A stretch of DNA of 32,000 bases from Candidatus Hadarchaeales archaeon (GTDB lineage: Archaea > Hadarchaeota > Hadarchaeia > Hadarchaeales > Hadarchaeaceae), in assembly GCA_038823825.1 (NCBI GenBank), contig JAWBCC010000004.1, forward strand, positions 56,592 to 88,591, read 5' to 3'. Shown in pieces: positions 1 to 7,432 of this stretch (its first letter is position 1; each line of letters opens with the position of its first letter). The translations under genes were made by a program, and so were the position numbers. The notes beneath the pieces are model-generated. The model was not told the DNA's origin, did no database searches, and saw only the letters and a program-made list of their open reading frames with translations.

Positions 1-321
1 ATAGAATGAGGCCAACTTTGCTACGTCGATGGATTTTCCACCCCCTACTCCCACGAAGAAAGAAACGCCCTTTGAAGACTTTCTAACTTTCTCCACAACC
101 TCCGAGTTTGCATCTGATATCAGGGAAACCGATGGTTTTATACCGGCTTCGCGCAGTTTTCTTTCCACCGTCCGACCGGCGATATCATACGTTGTTTTGT
201 CAGCCACTATCAGAGCCTCACCATGCAGGTCGAGAGCTTGACAAACCTCGGGGATCTTTTCAAGAACAGCACGACCAACCCAAATTTCCCTAGCTAGTTG
301 TATGCGTTTAGGTTCTTTCAT
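1..321 (-). CDS. egsA: Glycerol-1-phosphate dehydrogenase-like protein (iron-ADH/glycerol dehydrogenase superfamily); N-terminal 107 codons only, the rest lies left of the window
   Basis: Absent from the ORF track because no stop falls in the window. Reverse translation from ATG 321-319 is open to position 1: MKEPKRIQLAREIWVGRAVLEKIPEVCQALDLHGEALIVADKTTYDIAGRTVERKLREAGIKP...FFVGVGGGKSIDVAKLASFY. The GVGGGKSIDVAK glycine-rich motif and the overall layout match archaeal G1PDH/glycerol dehydrogenase. Confidence 0.55.
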   Translation of the reverse strand, partial: MKEPKRIQLAREIWVGRAVLEKIPEVCQALDLHGEALIVADKTTYDIAGRTVERKLREAGIKPSVSLISDANSEVVEKVRKSSKGVSFFVGVGGGKSIDVAKLASFY

Positions 322-419
322 CTCTTTCCACTTACGCCTTCACATAAAAATAGACCGCGGTAATCGTCCTCCGAGCAGGTTTATCATAAAGACTTTTAAG
401 GTTGGAAAATTCAGAGTAA

Positions 420-1073
420 ATGGTCGATTCTGTGATGTCTGAAGAGAAGTTGAAATATCTAAAGGGAACCACAACAGTCGGTGTCGTGTGTCGCGATGGG
501 GTGGTTCTGGCAACCGACAGTAGGGCTACTGCGGGATATCTGATAGCCAGCAAAATTGCAAAAAAAATATACAAAGTTACTGACCACATCGCATTTACGA
601 CCGCCGGGGGGGTGGCGGATACGCAAAAACTGGTAGAATGGCTGAGAGCGGAAGCAGGTTATCATCAAACAAGTTTGGGAAAACCTATGAGTGTGTCTGC
701 CTGCGCTAGGCTTTTAGCGAATATAATGAACATATACTCGGTATACTATCCCTTCATCGCAAACATCTTGGTTGGCGGGGTTGATCGCTCCGGTCCTCAG
801 TTATATTTTGTGGACATCGATGGAGGCATGACAAAAGAAACAATGGCCGCAACAGGATCTGGATCTCCAGTCGCTTACGGAATTCTTGAAAATGAAATCG
901 AAGAAGACATGCGGGTTAAGGAGGTCCTACCGATTGCCGTTAAAGCCGTCAGAACGGCAATGAAGAGAGATGTCGGAAGCGGTAATACGGTAGCCGCCGG
1001 CACGGTGACTTGGGAGGAAGGATACCGGGAGCTTTCACCTGAAGAAATTGCGGCCTTACTAACAAAACATTAG
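420..1073 (+). CDS. psmB: 20S proteasome beta subunit
   Basis: 217-aa ORF. A short propeptide precedes the G|TTTVG active-site threonine motif (LKGTTTVGVVCRDGVVLATDSRAT). Ntn-hydrolase length and pattern. Confidence 0.9.
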   Translation: MVDSVMSEEKLKYLKGTTTVGVVCRDGVVLATDSRATAGYLIASKIAKKIYKVTDHIAFTTAGGVADTQKLVEWLRAEAGYHQTSLGKPMSVSACARLLANIMNIYSVYYPFIANILVGGVDRSGPQLYFVDIDGGMTKETMAATGSGSPVAYGILENEIEEDMRVKEVLPIAVKAVRTAMKRDVGSGNTVAAGTVTWEEGYRELSPEEIAALLTKH

Positions 1074-1082
1074 CTGTTAAAG

Positions 1083-3005
1083 ATGAAACCGAAAAATTCT
1101 GTAGAAAAATCCGAGGTGCTTGAGGAGATAAAGAAGATTGTTCGAGAAGAGAGCCCATTCGGGTCCTCCGTGCTGGATGTGGACTTCGAGGGTCCCAGAG
1201 TCGTCCTCTACTGTAAGGACCTGACACCTATTGCCCAGAGCGGGGAAGCTATCAAAGAACTGGCGAAACGCCTGCGCAAGCGAATAATTTTAAGACCCCA
1301 CCCGAGTCTTCTGGTCCCGAAAGAAGAAGCCGAGAAAATAATCCGTGAAATCGTTCCGCCCGAAGCCGGAGTAGAAGGCGTAGTTTTCAGCGAAGACGTT
1401 GGGGAAGTCGTGATAGAAGCCAAAAAGCCCGGATTGGCTGTTGGAAAAGATGGAGCAGTTTTGAGAGAAATAATGCACAGAATAGGATGGACGCCGAGGA
1501 TTGTCCGAGCACTGCCGGTCGAATCCGATCTTGTCAAGAGCATAAGACTTCTGATGATCCAAACTGGAGCAAGCAGAAGGGAAATTCTCCGCCACATCGG
1601 AAGAAGGATATACAGAGGTAGAAAGGCAACAGAACAATGGATAAGAGTAACTTCATTGGGTGGAGCAAGAGAGGTTGGAAGGTCTTGTTTACTGCTGCAA
1701 ACTGCGGAGAGTAGCATAATGATTGACTGCGGAATAAACGTCGCATCTGAAGAGAAAGCATATCCCTACGTCAACGCACCAGAACTGGATCTCGACAACT
1801 TGGACGCCGTAGTCATCAGTCACGCACACTTGGATCACTGCGGATATCTGCCAATTCTCTTCAAAATGGGTTATGATGGCCCGGTTTACTGCACGGCGCC
1901 AACGAGGGACCTCGCTGTTCTTCTCATGCTGGATTTCCTAGAAATTGCGGGAAGAGAAGGTAAAGAGATGCCATACGACAAGCGAGATATATCTAAATTC
2001 CTTTCCCATACGATCACGCTTGAATACGGCGACGTGACTGATGTTTCTCCTGACGTCAGGGTTACATTACACAACGCTGGACATATCTTGGGCTCTGCTG
2101 TTGTACACTTCCACATAGGAGATGGACTTTACAACGTGGTCTACACTGGGGACATAAAATTTGATAAAACGAGGCTCTTCTCTCCCGCCGCATATGGTTT
2201 TCCGCGAGCCGAAACCGTGATAATCGAAAGCACCTATGGGGGTCCGCAAGACATCATGCCTACTAGAGAGGAATCCGAGCAAGAGTTCATTAAAACCGTA
2301 CTTGAAACAATCGAGCGTGGAGGCAAAGTTCTGGTTCCGGCATTCTCCGTTGGAAGATCGCAGGAAATCATGGTCTTGCTCGACGAGTATGTCAGACGCG
2401 GAGTGATACATGACATTCCGATTTATTTGGATGGAATGATATGGGAGGCCACCACAATACACACCGCCTACCCCGAATATCTGTCGAAGGAGTTGCGCGA
2501 CCTTATTTTCAAAGAAGAAGAGAATCCTCTGATATCAGAGATTTTCACTAAAGTCAAAGATGCCGATGCTAGGCAGGAAGTGATAGAAGGACCGCCCTGT
2601 GTGATAATATCGACCTCTGGTATGATGACTGGTGGCCCGGTTATGGATTATTTCAAGAAGTTGGCTCCGGATCCAAGAAACACGCTCGTTTTTGTCGGGT
2701 ATCAGGCAGAGGGATCGCTCGGAAGACGCATTCAAAAGGGCTGGAAAGAAATACCGATAATTGAGGAAGGAAAGATAAAGGAAATCAAGGTTGAAATGGA
2801 AGTGAAGACTATTGAAGGATTTAGCGGACACTCCGACAGAGACCAGCTTCTTAACTATCTGAAGAGGATAACACCTAAACCGACTAGGGTCATCTGTGTT
2901 CATGGAGAAGAGAGCAAGTGCCTAGCCTTCGCCAGCACCGTTCATAAGCTATTCCGTGTGGAAACGAGAGTTCCCATGAACTTGGAAACCATTAGGTTTT
3001 ACTGA
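1083..3005 (+). CDS. fttA: aCPSF1/FttA beta-CASP metallo-beta-lactamase ribonuclease with N-terminal KH domains
   Basis: 640-aa ORF. It has a KH-like N-terminus, the MBL motif VISHAHLDHCG and a beta-CASP region, and ends in HGE. Size and architecture are typical of archaeal CPSF1. Confidence 0.88.
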   Translation: MKPKNSVEKSEVLEEIKKIVREESPFGSSVLDVDFEGPRVVLYCKDLTPIAQSGEAIKELAKRLRKRIILRPHPSLLVPKEEAEKIIREIVPPEAGVEGVVFSEDVGEVVIEAKKPGLAVGKDGAVLREIMHRIGWTPRIVRALPVESDLVKSIRLLMIQTGASRREILRHIGRRIYRGRKATEQWIRVTSLGGAREVGRSCLLLQTAESSIMIDCGINVASEEKAYPYVNAPELDLDNLDAVVISHAHLDHCGYLPILFKMGYDGPVYCTAPTRDLAVLLMLDFLEIAGREGKEMPYDKRDISKFLSHTITLEYGDVTDVSPDVRVTLHNAGHILGSAVVHFHIGDGLYNVVYTGDIKFDKTRLFSPAAYGFPRAETVIIESTYGGPQDIMPTREESEQEFIKTVLETIERGGKVLVPAFSVGRSQEIMVLLDEYVRRGVIHDIPIYLDGMIWEATTIHTAYPEYLSKELRDLIFKEEENPLISEIFTKVKDADARQEVIEGPPCVIISTSGMMTGGPVMDYFKKLAPDPRNTLVFVGYQAEGSLGRRIQKGWKEIPIIEEGKIKEIKVEMEVKTIEGFSGHSDRDQLLNYLKRITPKPTRVICVHGEESKCLAFASTVHKLFRVETRVPMNLETIRFY

Positions 3006-3527
3006 CTTCAAGGGAATCCTTTTAGCGCGGGGATGGATTATTGCGCTCAGGCCACGTTCATCCGATATCACTATAACGGCTGTTCTTTTCCCCTCTTTGA
3101 TTTCTTCTATCATGCGTAACTTTTCCTCACCCTCTCTTTTTTCATCTTCACCTGCGCTTTTCGTTGCCATGAGTATTGCATCAGAAATTCTATTCAAAAC
3201 TCCCTCTATGTTGGACACGAAACCCTGACTGGCCGGGCCGGGATAAACGGTGACTCCTAAGGTTGGGATCGTGATCACACCAGTGCTCGAGCGCACGACT
3301 CTAACGGACATATCATCGCTCGATGTTATCTCGAATTCGTAGCGAGCCGGTTCTTTCTCCTCCGTGTGCATTATATCCGCATGCTTGAAGCCGCATGCAG
3401 AACAATAAACAAGACTTTCAATCGTTTCTCCGAAGTATGGAATGTCATGAATTTTTCCGAGAAAGGTGCAGGTGCCACTACTACCACAAAATGGACATCT
3501 TTCTATCGGAGCCCTGAATTCTCTCAT
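2949..3527 (-). CDS. ZPR1-type zinc-finger protein (COG1779-like)
   Basis: 192-aa ORF. Zinc ribbon CPFCG...(x)...CSACG followed by a beta-rich ZPR1-like domain. ATGA start/stop overlap with the upstream sepF-like gene. Its 3' end overlaps the fttA 3' end by 57 nt. Confidence 0.7.
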   Translation of the reverse strand: MREFRAPIERCPFCGSSGTCTFLGKIHDIPYFGETIESLVYCSACGFKHADIMHTEEKEPARYEFEITSSDDMSVRVVRSSTGVITIPTLGVTVYPGPASQGFVSNIEGVLNRISDAILMATKSAGEDEKREGEEKLRMIEEIKEGKRTAVIVISDERGLSAIIHPRAKRIPLKSVKPNGFQVHGNSRFHTE

Positions 3528-3913
3528 TGGGTGCCAGCCTGAACTTCCTTTCTGGAAAGAATTTTCACAAATCTTGGAGTCATTATTATCTTTGTGTCTG
3601 TTATCTTTCCTATATCTCCGCCGATCTTCCTGGCTGATTCTTTTAATTCCTCTATAGCCTGCTTGAGTTCCTCAGGATTTCTCTGCATAACGTCACTGAT
3701 GTCGATTATCAATATGTTTCCTTCTGAAACCTCTTCGGAGATTTTGACGACGTCTGCTATACCACTTAAATCCATGCTCTTGACATACACCGCCTCAAGC
3801 TCCGGACCCGAAGATAAAGAAGATGTCTCAACTTCAGCTATGGGTACCTCACTCATTAATGAGGGGGTTTCTTCCTTTTTCTTCTTTCTGAGCAGTTTAT
3901 CCAACAGTGCCAA
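3524..3913 (-). CDS. sepF: SepF-like cell-division protein (DUF552 core)
   Basis: 129-aa ORF. A Lys-rich disordered N-terminus precedes the core AVYVKSMDLSGIADVVKISEEVSEGNILIIDISDV...IGGDIGKITDTKIIMTP, which resembles the SepF core. Confidence 0.65.
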   Translation of the reverse strand: MALLDKLLRKKKKEETPSLMSEVPIAEVETSSLSSGPELEAVYVKSMDLSGIADVVKISEEVSEGNILIIDISDVMQRNPEELKQAIEELKESARKIGGDIGKITDTKIIMTPRFVKILSRKEVQAGTQ

Positions 3914-3952
3914 TGTTCCACCTTCTTATCCTTATCTGTGTCTTTTAAGTAT

Positions 3953-4435
3953 TTAATGGATGTAGCTTTTAATCGTTTCCCAAAACTCGTCTCCAACGTG
4001 GTGAAGATTCTCCACGATTTTTCCGCTCCTTCCGACGGCCTCTGAGGAGGGAACAAGGGCCTTTCCGACTGCAAGGGCCTTTTGATGTTTTTCCTCGACA
4101 ACTATCACTAGATCTCCAGGAGAGAAATCCGTGACCGATTTCACACCTTTTCCCATCACGTCGGCTCCTCTGCAGATTGGGGCAACGGCGCCCATATCCA
4201 CAACAACGCGGGCTTTTATCAAATTTTCAGCGATTGGCAAAGGAGGTATGAATTCATTTCCGATCAAAATGAGAAGCGGCTCTCCGGATGAGAATATGAG
4301 CTTACCCTTCGAAAATTCCCATACTTCAACATCGTGCTTGGATATCCTGCAGGCGATGTCGGGAAGAGTGGCACTAACTAGTTGTGAAAGCTCGCGAATT
4401 TTGTCCTTTCTCAGATGGTATCTTTTGATCTCCAT
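3953..4435 (-). CDS. PUA-domain RNA-binding protein (COG2016 / Tma20-MCT1-like)
   Basis: 160-aa ORF. C-terminal PUA-like segment VVVDMGAVAPICRGADVMGKGV...GDLVIVVEEKHQKALAVGKAL. First gene of the PUA-sepF-ZPR1 operon. Confidence 0.7.
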   Translation of the reverse strand: MEIKRYHLRKDKIRELSQLVSATLPDIACRISKHDVEVWEFSKGKLIFSSGEPLLILIGNEFIPPLPIAENLIKARVVVDMGAVAPICRGADVMGKGVKSVTDFSPGDLVIVVEEKHQKALAVGKALVPSSEAVGRSGKIVENLHHVGDEFWETIKSYIH

Positions 4436-4534
4436 CTTTTCGTGAAATCTGGATGACGATGCTTAAAAATCTCTTTTTCCGAATAAAAATCAGAAAAACG
4501 CTTAAATAAATAGCGCACGAGAAGAGATGACAAC

Positions 4535-4759
4535 ATGCCTGAAAAACCGTTCGATGCTCTCGGCAGGGCGCTGGGATCAATTGTGCTTGTGGGAGTCAAG
4601 GGTGGAAAAGAGTTTAGAGGGAAACTCGCGGGATTCGACGTTCACGTCAACATCGTATTGGACGAAGCTGAGGAACTTCTGAATGGTGAGGTTAAAAGAA
4701 GGTACGGGAAGCTCATCATAAGAGGGGATAATGTCGTTTATGTCTCGCCTGGGGTGTGA
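4535..4759 (+). CDS. Sm-like (LSm/SmAP) protein
   Basis: 74-aa ORF with Sm1/Sm2 motifs (VLVGVKGGKEFRGKLAGFDVHVNIVL...LIIRGDNVVYVSP). Sits in the archaeal Sm-L37e gene pair. Confidence 0.88.
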   Translation: MPEKPFDALGRALGSIVLVGVKGGKEFRGKLAGFDVHVNIVLDEAEELLNGEVKRRYGKLIIRGDNVVYVSPGV

Positions 4760-4765
4760 TGCTCA

Positions 4766-4957
4766 ATGGTAAAAGGAACTCCATCAATGGGTAAGAGACA
4801 CAAAGTCACACACTTAAGATGTCGGAGGTGTGGTAGAAGGGCGTACCATGCACAGAAGAAGGTTTGCGCAGCCTGTGGTTTTGGGAGATCTAGAAGAATT
4901 CTGAGCTATAACTGGAAAAACAAAAAAGTTATGGGAAAGAGAGAAAGACTTCGCTAG
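4766..4957 (+). CDS. rpl37e: Ribosomal protein eL37 (L37e)
   Basis: 63-aa basic ORF: [27 protein letters not shown]...CAACG C4 zinc ribbon. Confidence 0.92.
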   Translation: MVKGTPSMGKRHKVTHLRCRRCGRRAYHAQKKVCAACGFGRSRRILSYNWKNKKVMGKRERLR

Positions 4958-5653
4958 TTATTTCACGATAACCTCTCCGCCGTAGAGGTCTACAACGATT
5001 ATTTCGTCTTCAAAAATTCTGAAAAGGATATATTCGCAGGCATAGTTTTCGTTTAGGCTTTTCTCCAGATCTTCGGAGTTTTCCGTGTTTTCAAGCATTT
5101 CTTCCGCCAGCCTTGCAAGATGCTCAAGTCTTAGATATCGCGGAGATGCTCCGGCTTCTACCCTGAGACCGATGACCTCTGCTCCAGAAACGTGAACAAG
5201 TCTAGAAGGTATGAAAACAGAAATCCGAAGACTTCCGTCCGGCAACCACATAAGATTCAAAGAATTTTCGGCGATAGGGTAAACTACGATTTGTCTGAAA
5301 CCCGAGTATTCCCAGCCGGATTGAATGCGTGAGTTGATATGGGAGATTATTTTCTCCTTAATTTCCGATGAGACTTCACCCTGTCTGCCGCTTTCATACA
5401 TTGCGGTGACGATTGCCATTCGTAGGGCTTCAGAAAGCTCGAGTTCAATTGAAGAGGCGGTTGCTCGAACCGTCGACATGGCTGATGAAAGCTGAAAAGT
5501 GCGCGTCTTCTCACTATAAGCCTGCCTGAATGTCTCCGCTGCGATGGCCGAGGATAGAATGACGAGAACTGTGAAAACCGCCAGCACGGCGATTCCTCTA
5601 CTTTCTTCGGATAATCGAAATTTCCACATCAAAACGCTCGACATACAGCTCAT
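4958..5653 (-). CDS. Type-IV-pilin-like protein (class III signal-peptide-like N-terminus), fifth gene of the operon
   Basis: 231-aa ORF. N-terminus ...RLSEESRG|IAVLAVFTVLVILSSAIAA: a charged stretch, Gly, then about 20 hydrophobic residues. The true start may be an internal Met (5644 or 5629), because the ORF overlaps the upstream gene. Confidence 0.45.
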   Translation of the reverse strand: MSCMSSVLMWKFRLSEESRGIAVLAVFTVLVILSSAIAAETFRQAYSEKTRTFQLSSAMSTVRATASSIELELSEALRMAIVTAMYESGRQGEVSSEIKEKIISHINSRIQSGWEYSGFRQIVVYPIAENSLNLMWLPDGSLRISVFIPSRLVHVSGAEVIGLRVEAGASPRYLRLEHLARLAEEMLENTENSEDLEKSLNENYACEYILFRIFEDEIIVVDLYGGEVIVK

Positions 5654-6089
5654 CCGAGTTCTCAGAGGTCGAGATTATGGTATAACAACCGGAAAAAGAA
5701 AATCTATCACCCATCAGTTCCAGATTTTCAGGAATTTTGAGAACAATCCAATCAGAATTTTCTGCACGGATTTTAAACTCAAGCGTAAGATTTTCCGCCA
5801 TTGTCTTTTTGAGGATGTTTGAAATTTCCACAAGAACTTTTTCGCATGTCTTATTTTCCAACAGACTTTCCGCCAGCACCCGAAGATAGGATTTACCGGA
5901 ATTTTCAAGCATTGCATTTGCAAGCATGTGATATGCGCACTGCGCCCTAAGTTGAAGCTGCCGTCTGACTGCTGAGTCCAAGGCATCGGATTGAACTGTG
6001 TACAGGAGAACTCCTGAGAAAACTGTCAGAATTACCATGAAGGATATCGATAAAACGTCACTGATCCCAAGCTCATCTATTTCCGCCAA
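5598..6089 (-). CDS. Type-IV-pilin-like protein, fourth gene of the operon
   Basis: 163-aa ORF. N-terminus MAEIDELG|ISDVLSISFMVILTVFSGVLLYTV. Overlaps the upstream gene by 13 nt. Confidence 0.45.
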   Translation of the reverse strand: MAEIDELGISDVLSISFMVILTVFSGVLLYTVQSDALDSAVRRQLQLRAQCAYHMLANAMLENSGKSYLRVLAESLLENKTCEKVLVEISNILKKTMAENLTLEFKIRAENSDWIVLKIPENLELMGDRFSFSGCYTIISTSENSDELYVERFDVEISIIRRK

Positions 6090-6508
6090 GTTCGCACCTC
6101 CAGAGATCCCGCTTCCAATCTGAAATTGTCAAAAACGGCAATGGGGAGCGAGGTCACGGAGATCTGCTTGTCGTTTGGTTTCTGAGGTCCGGCCTCTATC
6201 TCGATTTTCTGTCCAGATCGCCAGTATGCTAGTTTGATGTTGAACTGGAAGTTTTCACTTCCCAAAGAAACCTCCCAACTGAGCTCTCGTATTTTAGCCG
6301 GATCGATCACATAACATCGCTTTCTCATGCCTTGGATGTAGGCTAGATTATCGGTTGCGAGACCGTTGGCAATTGCTGACGACGCATCTATTAAAACCGA
6401 TGTTTCTAGAACTGTTTTATGATAACGATACGCTGAGATGAGAAGAAAGAGAAAAATAATAACCAGAAAGAATGACAAGACGATTTTGAAGATTCTAACT
6501 ATGTCCAT
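6077..6508 (-). CDS. Small membrane-anchored protein, pilin-like, third gene of the operon
   Basis: 143-aa ORF. N-terminal hydrophobic helix IFKIVLSFFLVIIFLFLLISAY. Overlaps the upstream gene by 10 nt. Confidence 0.4.
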   Translation of the reverse strand: MDIVRIFKIVLSFFLVIIFLFLLISAYRYHKTVLETSVLIDASSAIANGLATDNLAYIQGMRKRCYVIDPAKIRELSWEVSLGSENFQFNIKLAYWRSGQKIEIEAGPQKPNDKQISVTSLPIAVFDNFRLEAGSLEVRTWRK

Positions 6509-6858
6509 ATAAAAAACCTGCCGTCAGAAATCGACACCCGGACAAGATGTTTTCCTGCGGGCAGAGGAGAGATATTTTCGGCAAAACGAAACGGTAAACC
6601 TTCGTCCGGGTATCTAATTTCCCCAACCCTTATCTGGTTGTCTTGGAAATATACGATGCATCCGGAGGGAATCTCAAGTTCTACGATTCTTTCACCTCCT
6701 GCTGATGCAACCTCTTGGCAGACGTTCGCTAGTCTCTCTAGAGCGTTCATCAATCTCTGCCTATCGGTGAGACTGCTTAACTTCAGATAACCAAAAGCAG
6801 CAATTGAAACCGCTAAAACCGAGAGAACCGCCAGCCCCAAGAGAGTCGTACCTTCCAT
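6499..6858 (-). CDS. Type-IV-pilin-like protein, second gene of the operon
   Basis: 119-aa ORF. N-terminus MEG|TTLLGLAVLSVLAVSIAAFGYL. Starts 1 nt after the upstream stop. Confidence 0.45.
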   Translation of the reverse strand: MEGTTLLGLAVLSVLAVSIAAFGYLKLSSLTDRQRLMNALERLANVCQEVASAGGERIVELEIPSGCIVYFQDNQIRVGEIRYPDEGLPFRFAENISPLPAGKHLVRVSISDGRFFIWT

Positions 6859-6859
6859 A

Positions 6860-7315
6860 TTAGGTCAGAGTTATACGCAGGGTAGCTGTCTGCTCTGCTC
6901 CATCTTCTCCGGTGGCCCTGATTGTGATCGCATGAGTTCCGGTAGGGGCTCCTGGGCTTACTCTGATGGTCAAGGATGAGCTGAAGGTTGGTTCTCCGTT
7001 CGGTGGGGAGAACTGGAGGCTAACGTTTGTGGGTGTACCGCTATGCGAAAGAGAAACTGTTTTGTTATATGGTGTTATCTCCTCGACTTTCACGGTTACG
7101 GTCGCGGAATTCTCTCCAGAGGATGGAACCCCAAGCGTTAGAGCGTACTCCGGTTGTCCCTCGATCTTTACCGAAAACGACAGCATGTGTTCGACTCCTT
7201 TTCCAACTCTGGTGTAAATCGCAAAGCCCACTCCGAGACCGACGGTTAGAAGAATCATCCCGGCTAGGATTTTCATAGCAAGCGGTTCCACGCCTGCTTC
7301 GTCCAATCTGCTCAC
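6860..7315 (-). CDS. Archaeal-type pilin-like protein with Ig-like C-terminal domain, first gene of the operon
   Basis: 151-aa ORF. N-terminus MSRLDEAG|VEPLAMKILAGMILLTVGLGVGFAIY resembles the archaeal pilin N-terminal motif (D-R-A/G-V-S-P-hydrophobic). The C-terminus is beta-rich (TVTVKVEEI...LTIRVSPGAPTGTHAITIRATGEDG...ATLRITLT). Confidence 0.5.
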   Translation of the reverse strand: MSRLDEAGVEPLAMKILAGMILLTVGLGVGFAIYTRVGKGVEHMLSFSVKIEGQPEYALTLGVPSSGENSATVTVKVEEITPYNKTVSLSHSGTPTNVSLQFSPPNGEPTFSSSLTIRVSPGAPTGTHAITIRATGEDGAEQTATLRITLT

Positions 7316-7348
7316 CTCCTTTTTTGTTTCCTTTCTTTTGTTTTCCGA

Positions 7349-7358
7349 TTTTTAAATA
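7349..7358. promoter_or_regulatory. TATA-like box in the divergent pilin-operon / nrdJ intergenic region
   Basis: TTTTTAAATA at 7349-7358 lies in the 102-nt gap between divergent genes. It is about 60-85 nt upstream of the nrdJ start candidates. Confidence 0.35.
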
Positions 7359-7432
7359 GCTTTCGCAACGACGAAACGCACATCGGAAGACATACTGCAT
7401 GTTAAAATCCACAGAGAATGAGAGAAACTTGG

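Noticed and set aside
29-589. Track ORFs 29-241(+), 108-293(+) and 332-589(-).
   Set aside because: The first two are antisense to the clearly coding egsA-like frame. The third is antisense to psmB and the promoter region. None has a recognisable motif.
7316-7432. Possible cobalamin riboswitch or regulatory hairpin (TTTCG-N6-CGAAA, 7361-7376) upstream of nrdJ.
   Set aside because: The 5' region is far too short (about 60-80 nt) for a B12 riboswitch and lacks a B12-box-like element. The inverted repeat has only 5 bp per arm and could easily arise by chance.
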